NCBI GenBank assembly: GCA_043228905.1 | Contig: JBHGNT010000015.1 | Coordinates: forward strand, 16,802,001-16,866,000 | Direction of reading: 5' to 3' | Length of the DNA: 64,000 bases | From: Azolla caroliniana | Taxonomy: Eukaryota; Plantae; Polypodiophyta | Shown: piece by piece, positions 37,201 through 49,583 of the stretch | How positions within the stretch are numbered: position 1 is the first letter of the stretch | Layout: each line of letters starts with the position of its first letter | Notes under the pieces: model-generated | What the model saw: only the letters and a program-made list of their open reading frames with translations | Database searches by the model: none | Told to the model about the DNA's origin: nothing | Position numbers and translations under genes: made by a program

Positions 37201-40200
37201 TAAATTTCTTAAACATTCAATTGATCTATTATCCCTAAAGGATGGGTTTTACTTTTCTCTGTGAAGCAAGTTTGTATCGTCAGATGGTGCCTTCCAGAGT
37301 AGAATTGTAACAGAACAGTTCGAGGCTCACCTGAAGGTATGCATTAAGAATCTCCAAGCTCACATCATGGAAGTCTAAATTGTAGTAACAAAGAGCAACA
37401 TATACATTTAGTGCTAACCAGTCCCTGCCAAAAACACAAAGAGATTAATTAGATCTTTCTTTTTATGTTTACAGAAATGTTAAAGCTCGTTCTTCGTCAG
37501 GCTTCTAGTATATATTGTTCAGAACCACCCCTCTTTGAGATTCTTTCATTAAACATTTCTAGGATGATTTGTTTAGAAAGCTGGCCAAACATCATTAAAA
37601 AACACTCGGGACTTCTGGGGTTATGCCTATTTGTTGGTCGGTTTTGCAGATAGGAAGTACATGGAGAAAGGAGGATATGAAGATACTACTCTGCATCATT
37701 GGACATAGTACATAGGTGGATTGAAATTTATGTACAATGGTGACAAAAAGAAAGAAAGAAAGAAAGATATAGTAACGTCTTTTAAGAGGCCAAAATGGGC
37801 TATAAGACCAAACAAGAGATTCATTAAACATTTCTAGGATGTTTTTGTTTAGCAAGCTGGCCAAACATCATTAAAAAACACTCAGGAATTCTGAGATTAT
37901 GCCTATTTGTTGGTCGGTTTTACAGATAGGAAGTACATGGAGAAAGGAGGATATGATACTACTCTGCATCATTGGACATAGTAGTTACGTGGATTGAAAT
38001 TTATGTACAATGGTGACCGAGAAGAAAGAAAGAAAGATATATTAATGTCTTTTAAGAGGCCAAAACGGCCTATAAGACCAAACAAGAGATTACATCTTAA
38101 GTGTTGTCTTGTCTTTGAGAAAAACAAATCAAAAAAATAAGTAAGTAATACTCCGTAAATATAAATGTATATAAGATAAAAAGAGATGAGGGAATCTGGT
38201 TTTCAGCAAATGTCAAATTCTCAAGTTAGATATATTGTATCTTTTGTCTTCGAAAGATCTCTAGCATAGGTCAGTCCAAAATGGAAATGTCTCCAAAGAG
38301 AGAGAAGCACCTGTGATGGCGGGAGATAATGGCTTTTATCTATCGCCAGGTTGTTAGGTACGTTAGATACGGTACAGATACCATACGTATATAACGCATT
38401 AATACACGTATAGTACTTCCCAATTTAAAAATATGTTAAATACATTTTGTAATATGTTAAATACTTATACGTAAAATACGTACTTTACATATAGTACATT
38501 AAATACTTCTAGAATTTGAAAATTATTTACCTTTCTAAAAAATATTTGTAATATTGTAAAAAGCATCTATGTTTACACAATCTTGTGATGTACATTATAG
38601 TTCTACATCCTAAAATGCATATAAGACATTTGAACATTTCACATCCTAAAATACTTATAATATGGATGTCGACATTCACTTATTCTATAAATTAGTGCAA
38701 GTGTGTATCACGATGTTCTACTTCAAATTGTAATTATTTATGATTACGCCTTCATAAATTGAGGAATCATCTACGATTATCACACTCAAGATAGGTTTAT
38801 CTCTTCTTTTCTCTCTTCTTCATCATCTTCTATGATTATCACACTGAGATTTCTGTCTTCTTTTCTCTCTTTTTCTTCTTCTTCTTCTTCTTCGTCGTTG
38901 TCATCATCTCTTCTGTTCTTTTTCACTAAAATCTTTTTTTTCTTTTGCTTTTTGTTGGGGTTTTACTTACATTTTTTTATAAATACGTATTATACCTGTT
39001 TTTTCAAATGTACGTTAAATACTGCATGGACAAATGTACACGATATTTGACTGAACATTGAGGTATAGTACGTACTATACAAATTATGAGGTACTATACG
39101 TATTTAAACGTTAAATACGGGTACATAAACAACCATGATCTTTCGATAACAAGGATGTTGAGGTCGTGGTCCATGGGGTCGGGGCCTACGTGCACAAGAA
39201 ATTGCTATTGCCTAATCAATTGTAACCCGTTTGTTATGTCCTGATCAGGAGCCCATTTGTGTATCCCGTGATTGACTTGTAGCATTAGTAGGAATGATGG
39301 GGCTAAAGAAAGATATATTAACGTCTTTTAAGAGGCCAAAATGGCCTATAAGACCAAACAAAGGTATCAGTTCAGATCACTCTATTCTTTTCCACTTTGG
39401 TCATATTTAGATGGGGAGAGTAGAGTCCCAACTATATTGGAACAAAGGTAGTGCATCTATACTTGAACCATTGCGTCATTTTAGCATACCAACAATGAAT
39501 GTCTCCATTTTCAGTCAGTTGCCTTGATGACATAGTGCCAACCTTGGGTACTTTGTTTAGGGAGCTCCCAAAGACATTGGATACAGGTCACTAATCGGAA
39601 CAATGCCCAGTGATTATAGGGGTTGCTCCCATCTCTACCCGTATTATATCATGGTGCATCAATGCTTTGCTCCTTATCATGAAGGAAATCATTGACACTA
39701 AAGGTCTCTCTAAATCTTTCCAATGATTTGCTTTGTTAAGACTCGGTCCCCACGTTTCTACTCCATAGAGAAGAGTTGGTGTGACAAGTGTATCAAATAA
39801 CCATAGCTTAGTTCGTGACTACAAATGTGCACATTGTCTCTAGAGATCGCCCAAGGTTGCAAGTCCACAAGAAAGTTGGGCACAAGCAACCCCCCGTAAG
39901 GAGAACCTAAGCCCTATAAATGTTACTCCTAGGTATGGTAGGAGTGTGTGTATTCCAACCTTTCTTCTCCCAAGAAGAATTCTGGTTCTAATCTTGTTAT
40001 CCATGCTTGAGTAGTGTTAAACACCATCACTTTAGTTTTATCCATGTTTATCGACAACCCTTTGTCCATACAAAGTAGTTTTAAGGAATTTAGATGTCAT
40101 TGTAGTTCCTCCAGAGAGTCAGAAATCAGCACAATATCATCAGCATATAGTAATATTTGTATAGCTATACCTACTAGGCATGCTCCCGAACCCCCAAATC

Positions 40201-43200
40201 TCTATGTAATGTGATACCTCATCTATATAGAGACCGACGAGAGTGGGTGATAGTGGGCATCCTTGCTTCACTCCGATTGTGCTAGCTACCGCCTCTGACA
40301 AACCCTTGCATATTTGTAGGAACAGCAATGGCTTCTACCCATTGCATAAGCCGGTCACGTGGCAGTTTCAAAGGCTTTTCGGAAATCTACAAAGAAAAAA
40401 TTCTCTTATTATCGGCTTTGAGGATCAATATGCGATCCAAAGTTCTGTCCACCTGAACAGCAGCCATTCCACTCTGCCCATAATACTCAATTCTAATTCT
40501 AGAATTGAGCCATATAGTTTAGCCAAGTAATGGCCAATCATGATTGTCCTATAGTTGCTTGGCATCATGGGGTTCACTCTTGAGGATTGGCACAACGGTA
40601 TGCTGAGCCCATCTAGTAGGGAAACCTTCACACGTTGCTCTATTAAAGATGTGTGCTAGCAATGGGAGCAAGGTGTCATGGTCATAGATAAAGTGCTCAC
40701 CAACCAATCCATCATGATCCTGGGCCTTCCCAAATTATAACCGATCAATGGAAGTTCTTACATTTTGTGGAGTAAAAAAGGTGGATTCATGTGGGCATGA
40801 GCCATGTGGGTGGGGAAGAGGAGTTTGCCCTGGGATATCATATAGGACCTTTGCATATTCATGCCACACCTGAGGTGAGGTCACTTGTGTTGTGGGTTGC
40901 CTCTCATTAAACATTTTTCCAATTCTTGCGCCAAACCCTGCTAACAATGAGGCGCACTTCCTGAAATATCCAATTTATGTTGGAGGAAACAGGGGTAGAG
41001 GGCAAATATATCCGAACAGGGGTAAAAGCAACAACACGGTTTATGCCGCTTCAGTAACAGGAAAAATAAAGAAGGTAGTTCGTAGAGAGGGTAAAGGTGA
41101 AACAAACAATACAAATGATCTTCAAATTTAGCTAAATACAATCTCTTCTTCTTCCTTACATGAGGTGTTGGAAGGTTGCTCTTGCTTGTTTGTGTATAAA
41201 TGCCCCGAGTTACTTCATGCTCCAAGCATCGCCTTGTATCACGACATTCCTCATCATACCAAGTTTGGGGGGATTGGCCGCTGTGTGAGGAAAGGCATTT
41301 GCGACTGCTTTATGCAATGATTTTGACAATCATTGGGTAACTTCATCAAGGGGTGCAAAAGGATCCCAATCTAGCATGTCATTGTATACTCCACAACCAT
41401 ACACATCAATTGTCTAACGAGTAAATCGATACTTAGCCAGTCCACTCTCCTTAGCATATAGATCCCTTGTGCATCCATCCCTTTTTCCTCAAAGCGTAGA
41501 CATGCATGATCTTCTGCAAAGCCACAAGGTCTACCAGATATACTGAACTCTCTTATTTCAGGTATAAGAGATAGAGATCCCATTAGATGTGCTTGCACCT
41601 CCTTTTGGGTTCCAACATGTCAAAGCATCCGATCCAGGCCATTGTGATAATGCATTATATATCACAAATCCATGGACACTTCCCAAGGCAAGAAAGTGTT
41701 TGCCATATTCAGTTATAGCACTCAGTTAGAGAGATCAAGAACACAAAAGGCAAAACTGGCATGCAAATGGGAAAAAACAATAAAAATCAATGACAGTAAA
41801 GAAGAAAATAAAAATGCAAGCATGTGCACACACAAGCTAAGTGTGCAATTCTCAACTCAAGTTCACAGTGAGATTAGGACTCTGAATAGGTAGTGTTTAC
41901 GGCATAGGCTGGATTGCAGCAAAAAGTTCTCCAATGCATATTTTGTATCACACAGAATGTGAGGTAAAATATATAGAACCTATTATGCTACAATAAATCT
42001 GTACAATCTTAGAATATAAGAAATAAAACAAGGCTAGCATTAACCATTCCAATCATGTAAGAATTTTGCTAATTTGACAATAGAGAAATCATTTCACCTA
42101 TGCTCAAGAAGCAATGTCTTGTAGATATCTGTTGCCTCTTGGTAGCTTGCTTGCAAATAATGAAAAGATGCCAGACTTAACTGATCTTCAACAGTCTCTC
42201 CAAGCTTTTCATGATACTCCATCAATGCTTTCTCATCCTTCTTTTTATGTGCAACATGGAAAAGAATGCGCACTTGCAAAGAACATGTTGGACCTAATTG
42301 CAATTATCCCAAAATTCAACAACTCATTTCAAAGAGAATTGTTCATTAATTATATGCTCCAGTCATTGAAGTGGTTGTATGGCCGTATTCTGCAAAGGTA
42401 CAGTTCAGAATAGCACGCTTCTTTTTCTAAGACTGTAAAATTTTCAGTCATAAGATTCAATAGCTTCTCATTTTGGCCTTTCTAGCTGTCAAATCAGTGG
42501 GAAAGTAAAAAACCGTAGTTTTTTCCCAAAACAACTTTTTTCTTGAATCTTCTATTTTTCCCAGTGGCTCTTTATCTTTCTTTTTCACAATTCTTTAATT
42601 TCAAGGTTCACAACTCTCCCCCTATTTCTCCTCTTTCCTCTCTCCTCTCATATTAGGTAGATTCCTAGGTTTTTCCCATAATTTATGGGGAGAGTACTTT
42701 GCAAAAATTTGGAGGTCCTATGGGCTGGAGACTGATCAAGGAAAATCTAGCAATAGGTTCATAAGCTACTTGATTGACCCACTTTGTAGCCCGCTGTCTG
42801 ATTTATGGGGAGAGTACTTTGCAAAAAGTTGGAGGTCCTATGGGTCATATTGGCCCATTCTTTTCCCTTCTCTGTTTCCTTCCAGGTTCACAACTCCTCT
42901 CTCTCAAAATGAAAGAGAGAATCTCAAGCTGGAGACTGATCAAGTTCTTCAGTAGGTTCATAAGCTACCTGATTGACCCACTTTGTAGCTCACTGGCTGG
43001 CCTTATTTGTGGAGCTGCAAAGCCCATCAATTATTGTCAGTTTACAGCCAGCCAACCAACCTAGTACTCACTTTTTATCCTCTAATAGGCAGTTTATTCC
43101 TTATAAATAGCAATAATCCATAAAATTTGTTGTTCGTTGTATTGTATTTCCTAATCTGCTTCCACTCAAAACTTTGTTAGACTAAGTTGTTCACTCATTA

Positions 43201-46200
43201 AAAATTTCTCCAATGGCAAGAGAAGGAGAGGTAATTCTCAAGAAAACATCATCATCAGTATCTTGTGCACACTGAAACAACGATTTTCCTGCATATTCAG
43301 GTAAGTATAAGTGCTTATGTCTAGGATAGTAAATGAATTGTTGCGATACAAATCTTAGCACTCTCCAACATCCACATGCACATATGACACGGCTCAATCC
43401 ATACACAAGCTTCGAACAATAATGGATTATGTTCGTCGAGTCTAAGTAGACGCACTAGTATGATCTAAGGCTAAAGAGTCAAGACTCGCACCATCCAGGT
43501 AGTGTATAGGTAGAACTGCCAAGGCCTTAAGAGTCCAAATGTGGCAATCACACAAGATACATGTAAAATGAAGCAATGATAACTATTTTTTATGTTCATT
43601 CATTTTTGAAGTGACCATGTCAGTTAATGACAGAAGCAATTATTCATTGTTGAGTAGAGCATCAAATGGAGACAATAAAGAAGATTTGGATAGACAGTAT
43701 CCATAATCTTCGAAGGCAGTGGAATTATAAGGTTGACACTTCTAGAAAGGGATTGGAAAGTCAACCTGCATGTTTTTGTTCTGAGATGTTGCCATAAAGG
43801 GTTCACCACATAAATTGCATTTTTTATGTTTTGATTCAATTGAACTTTTCAATAAAGATGACTATTTGCTAGAAATAAATCAATTTTGAGAAGAAATTTG
43901 TCTCTTTAAAAACTTTTGCAGAACTATAAATTGATTTCAATAATCAAAAGAAACCTTTGAGAGCTGCTGTTTCTGCTTCATCATACAAACCAATGTAGAA
44001 CAGACATGCAGCAGCATATGTGTGGTAAACAGGCTTTGCATTAGGCTGTGACAAAAGTTGTTTATAAACATCGAGAGATTTATCATGTTCTCCATGATGG
44101 AAGTGGCAATATGCAAGCCATTCAAGTGACGTTACATCACATACATTTTCCTGGAAAAATAATCAAAAAATAAAACAATTTATAAAGTGAAGAGGTAACC
44201 AGCCAGAGACCATACCCACAATCTGCCTTTGCGGCTTTAAGATATGGAGAGTTATGAGAAAAGACATTGTGATATTAAATACATATTAAGAATGCATTGA
44301 TCATGTGAAGATGTGCCATTGTAAAGCAAACCCTGCAGCTTTCACCGATGCACACATGTCTAGTTTAATATGGAGATGTTCATGTAGCATTGTTACTAAA
44401 TAGTACCATAAGACAGATCATTGTAACATATAATCAGTCAGGGATAGGTCCAGGATAACAAATGTAAGGTTATTTCAGTAGAGTGCATCATTAGCCTTCC
44501 TGTCATATGAGCAACGCATATCATGAACAAAGAAATCCTCACCCAGTGTTTTTACAAAACCTCACCTACCTTGTACTACAAATGCTGGCCTACCTTGACA
44601 CCCAAACCAAGATTCTAGATTTGAAGAGCCGTGTAAATATTCTAGGTTTGACTATGTAAATTGAGAAACATCCTCCTACTTGTTGAGATGTCAAGCCCTA
44701 CTACTCACATTGTGTGAACACACTACTTGGGGCACATGTGTTAAAAGTCCACCGTTGACTTAAAGGAATGAGAGATGCATTTGCATTGAATGAAGTGGAT
44801 CCTTTAGATATCCCACTCACTCTCCCATTGTTACTTGATATACCACTCACTCTTCCACTATGCCTTTAATTGCTAAGGTAATGCTCAAGGGAGAAAGGGA
44901 GCTGATGGCTGAATTGGTATGAGAAACACATGAGGCACAGCCTTGCTGTTAGGCATATGCCAAGTCTCCTTAACCCCACCGTTGTAGTAGGACTAAGAAA
45001 AGTTTAAAACATCAATGATCTAGAGAATGGCTTGAGGCTAATAAATTCGTGCATAGTAAGCATAACAAAGACATTCCATTCATCATCAGTTCTGAGCCTT
45101 TATTTTTCATTTACAGTGAAGGTACAACACCTTATGCTACATATGAGTCCTCGGGCACATTTGTAAACAACAGGATTATATCATTTGATGGGATTCAGCA
45201 CCTATAGCATCATCTCTTTTGAGGTCAGAGTTATATTCGGCTGATGTGCTCACCTGAAGTTTATCCAAATTTTATTACTTGGATATGTCAAGAAAAGCTT
45301 TACTCAGACATGGAAGTTACTTCTCTTTAACCAATCTAAAGCTTTAGAGTGCACATGCTCTTACTTTAATTGATTTTGAAAACTTGTCTCAAGGTGCAAA
45401 CATTTTCAAGGTGTAGTCTGTCATCTAGGACTTTATTTAACATGCAATGAGATGGAATTCATGTGAGACCACCCTAATAGTGTATACACTACAGTGGAAA
45501 ACAAGAATATTCTCCATGCATTGAAGCTTAAAAGTATGCTTCTGACAAGTGGCCTAAGCAATGAAACCTTACTATAAATCTCTAGATCTATAATGTTGAA
45601 ACACCTTTACTTTAAAGGCCTAGCCTTATTGTACGTTATAACCATATTAATCCAAGATCAGTGCATAAAGTTGTTATGCATCATAACCCTTGATTTAGCA
45701 TTGCTTTATATAATGCAACAATATTGCTGTCAACCCTTGGGTTGTGGAAAGTGAATTATGAAACAATTTTTTAGGAGCAAAATGCGAAAAACGAAATTGT
45801 AAAGCCAGTTTTTAGGAGCATAATGGTAGTGTATACAATTTCAAAATACAAAGATTTTTTATATTACAGTGAATTGAACCCACAGCCTTAGGATCGTGAA
45901 GATCGAGCTTCACCTCTACACCATCTTGTTTATGTATTTAAATTTAAAATTTTTAATAAGCTAAGCCTATGAATCTATGGGCAATGCTTTCATATTGTGG
46001 TTTAGCAAGCATCCACTTGGTCTTGATTATTTTAGCACTTATTAAGTTAATAAATATCAATATGGGTTAGCAACAGACCATTAAAATATCCTGTTATTCA
46101 TAAATGTAGCCAATCAACTAGTATATTATTTGCATAGCTTACATCTAGTACCTAAACACCCTCTCCCAAAGGAAATTGCAACCTGTTGCTATAAAGAATT

Positions 46201-47176
46201 GGACCCCCTGGATCGGAGGTCTGACATGTTTGCATGTGGAGAAAAAGGCATGCAGAGATAATCCAATCTATTTTGGTATAAACCCTCACCTCATGCTATA
46301 ATTTGTCCCCTCCTAACCTTATATTGTTTTAAGCTTGGTGATATCTCTAGTTTTGTTTGGCATAGCATTGTCAAATTATGTTGCCTTACATAATGAAGCT
46401 AGAGATGGTCACACGTTGGTCATGGTAGGAACCCTTCTGGCATTTCTTATAAACATGAAGCATATAAAATCTTCATCTTTGTCCCCTTAAAGTCGTATGT
46501 ACATGAAATAGAAATAGTGAATTAGTTGTTTCGGAAGGGGATACACATAAAGAAACTCAAATGAGATTACCATCAACTTCAAGATTTTCTGTTACTCCCA
46601 ATCTTAAATATAACATAAAGACCCAGTCAAATGAAACGTTATATGCAGTGCACAATGTGGTAAGTTGCTTCTCATTTGCTAGTCACACATTGGCTTCTAA
46701 AAAAAAATTGCCTCTTCGCAAGGTAATGCCAACATAGAGAGTCTATCCATCATTTGGCCACTTCATCCATGTCTACACCTACATGCACATGCATATACCT
46801 AAACCTACACCCACATGCATATGCATATGCATACATACATAAACATATTTCTACCCCTACACGCATACACATGTATAACATGTGTGTGTGTGTATCAGAA
46901 ACAGGAATTCATGCAGGTAAATGTACTGTTTTAGGGTTAGGGTTATATTGTTACCAGGTGCTTGAGCTGGAGGAGCGTGATGGCACCTGTGTAGTCACGT
47001 GACGCCAAAAGCTGGTGGAGGTCTGGCACACTTGAGTTACAAGGCTTTCTCTTAGACACCACAAGCGCACCACCATAGCTGCTACTACAGGCATGCACCT
47101 GCGATGATGGACAGGAAGAAGAAGATGATGGTGATGGTGAAGAAACAGAAGAAGCTCGGGCTTTGGAGATCATCAT
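31224..47176 (-). CDS. IFT56: Intraflagellar transport protein 56 (TTC26/DYF-13); exons 47176-46955, 44150-43955, 42293-42098, 37424-37331, 37167-37132, 36932-36789, 34695-34623, 34515-34265, 34074-33839, 32057-31838, and candidate last exon 31280-31224
   Basis: Frame-consistent GT-AG exons give hallmark motifs: [55 protein letters not shown]...[12 protein letters not shown]. The last exon is uncertain. Confidence 0.92.
35200..35950 (-). mobile_element. Degenerate Ty3/Gypsy integrase C-terminal remnant in an IFT56 intron
   Basis: Minus-strand translations resemble integrase tail motifs ([17 protein letters not shown]) and are heavily interrupted. Confidence 0.45.
35998..36735. repeat. Intronic tandem repeats: ~134 bp x2 (35998-36263) and ~91 bp x3 (36460-36735)
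   Basis: gagagtgat recurs at 35998 and 36132; ttctataaaaagaatatttatgtatcagagattatattac occurs three times. Confidence 0.85.
37545..38095 (+). repeat. ~275-bp tandem duplication in an IFT56 intron
   Basis: ttcattaaacatttctaggatg...cagataggaagtacatggagaaaggaggatatga...tataagaccaaacaagagatt occurs twice; a further fragment lies at ~39305-39360. Confidence 0.85.
38346..39137. mobile_element. hAT-type non-autonomous element (MITE)
   Basis: Ends ccaggttgttaggtac / gtacataaacaaccatg form imperfect TIRs. 8-bp TSD atctatcg / atctttcg (one mismatch). AT-rich interior with TACG subterminal motifs. Confidence 0.7.
39390..41700 (-). mobile_element. Degenerate RTE-like LINE (reverse transcriptase) in an IFT56 intron
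   Basis: Minus-strand translations [48 protein letters not shown]; many frameshifts. Confidence 0.85.
40913..41092 (+). pseudogene. petA: Nuclear plastid DNA insertion (NUPT): cytochrome f fragment
   Basis: Translates [47 protein letters not shown], the highly conserved cytochrome f motif [20 protein letters not shown]. Confidence 0.92.
42680..42995 (+). repeat. Local direct duplications in an IFT56 intron
   Basis: atttatggggagagtactttgcaaaa at 42681 and 42801; taggttcataagctac.tgattgacccactttgtagc occurs twice. Confidence 0.8.
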
Positions 47177-47274
47177 CGTGGCTCACCTCGATCGAGCACG
47201 GACACAGAGCAAAGAAACGGGAGGACGTTTTCTGTTGCTGCTGCCTTCGCTCCTTCTTGCTAGTTTCTCATTCT

Positions 47275-47570
47275 TTCCTCAATTAGAAAGGCTTTCCCAA
47301 TTTGGCACCTCATTTCTCTCAATTAGGAAGTCTTTCCCAATTTGGCCCTCTATTTTCTTCATCCTTCCTTTGTTTTCCTTTGCTTTTCTTGTTATTTTCT
47401 CATAGTTTCCTTAATTAGGAAGCCTTTCCCAATTTGGCCCTCTATTTTCTTTTCTTTTCCAAAAATTGGCCATCTATTTTCTTCATCCTTCCTTTGTTTT
47501 TATCTTGCTTTTCTTGTTATTTTCTCATGCTTTCCTTAATTAGAAAGGCTTCCTCAATTTGGCCCCTTTA
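47275..47570. repeat. Degenerate tandem repeat upstream of IFT56
   Basis: aattagg/aaag...tttcccaatttggccctctattttc recurs 4-5 times. Confidence 0.7.
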
Positions 47571-49583
47571 TTTTTTCACAAAGTTAAGAAAGGAATAGAG
47601 CCCCATCCATCCATCATATTTCAATGGTGGGGGAGGGCTCCTCTCCTCTCTGGCCTCTTTTAGTACCCAACCTCTCAATAGTGCCTTGCTTACTTGCCAA
47701 GAGGACTTGTGCAAAAGTTGCCCATTGTCTAGACAAATTGCCCCGACCACCAATATGTCCCACCCATGAAGACCACAAATCCCACTAATGATTGACTCAT
47801 CTCCAAGACTCAGTCGAAGAAGCCATCATGCACAAAAACCAAGCAAGTTGATTCATATCCTCATCTCCTTACCAACAACAACGACACAATCAACTTGTGT
47901 TTTATTTAGTTTAATAGTTCAATTTCGATCAATCGATCATTTCTTAGTTTTGGTTCCATTTTGTATGGTAAGAATGAATTTTTTTAAATTGTTTCATCGC
48001 GCATTCTAACTAGATATGCAAGGTATGTATTTGATTTGTCAAATTATCATTCTAAGCGATTGCTAATATAGTTGTCTATGATGTTTGGTTGAATCCTATA
48101 CATTATTTTGGATATCATATGTCTAAGTTAAGCTCAAATTTTAGTTGCATACATGTGAAGTATTCTTCCTTTGCAATTCTATTTGTGAAGTTCGAATTTA
48201 AGTCTCTTTGCAATTATATGTAATTTAGATCAGATCTTTGTGATATTGAGTTATGGCCCCAATGTTTTTAGCATGGTATTTTACAAAGAAATGCTAAAGG
48301 TTTTCAGCCTCCTAATTGCTGAAAACTTACATTTAAAGCCATGTACCATAGAAGAGAGCCTCTGAATTGTAAAAACTTACTTGTAAACCATACATTGCAA
48401 GAGAGGTAGCCACTGGTGTACATGATCACAAAATAAAAACATGAATGGCCTTATCGTAACACACCATCACACCAACTCCTTGGGACTTACAATCACAACT
48501 ACTCCTTGACATTATGCCTAGAAGATTGTCTAAATTCTTCTTCCATGAATATTATTTAAGAGTTATCTCCCTTTACAAAACAAATGGACATGCTCACATT
48601 CAAGAGATGAATTACACAAACCATAAAAAATACACGATTGTATGTCTCCGGTCAAAAGGTAAAGAAATTCCAAAACATAAAAGAACTTGCATCCCATACG
48701 AACGTAAGTTGTCTATTTCATCTTTTATTTAGAATACGGTGAGGAAATCTAATTTAATCAAATAAGCAGGTTAGACACGCTTGATGAACCATCTTCTTTA
48801 AATGAGAGATTATATCTTTGACACTGATAACCATACAAGAACAAATTTCCATTCCCTTCATCAAGTAACAGTATCTGAATCTTTATGGTTTAAAACATGT
48901 GATATGTGGAAACATATGTTCTGGTTGTGTTGAGAGAATATACATCTTAATTAGCACAGTACTGTAAACCACACGTGCTCTGCAATCAAAGTTTCCAAAT
49001 ATATATAAAGTGTTACCTTGAATAACACTAAGTAAGCTTTCAACTGATAGTCCTGTTCAGAACACCACAATTACATTGACATGTGTCAGTCAACAGATTA
49101 TTTTGCTTATACATAATCCGAAATTCCCTTTTTGGTCCATTGCCCCTTCACCATTTTCCAGTCATGAGATCAAAATCATTGAAGAAAAGGAACTGACTCC
49201 AACTCCAGCTAAAACTGATTTTGCTAAAAAACCAAAAATCTTTCAAACTGCCGAAACTTAATGTCTACATTAAGCTTTATGGATACCTGTCTACGAATGA
49301 TGTCTACGATAGGTACTTAAAACAAGTTTAACTCCAATATGCTCTGTAAAACAGAATTGTTACAAGAACAAATAAAATTAGACTATGAAAACTAATGTCT
49401 ACCATAGGCTTTATGGATACCTTACTATGAATGACACTAGGATTTTATATTCATGGACCTAGCACACAACTAACTTCAAAATTATGCACTGAAATTCTCA
49501 GTGAAAGAAAAAAGTAAAGACCCTATATCACGCGAAGAGATTTAAGGGAATGATGGTTGGTTGCCTATCGTTGCTCCCTCGAC

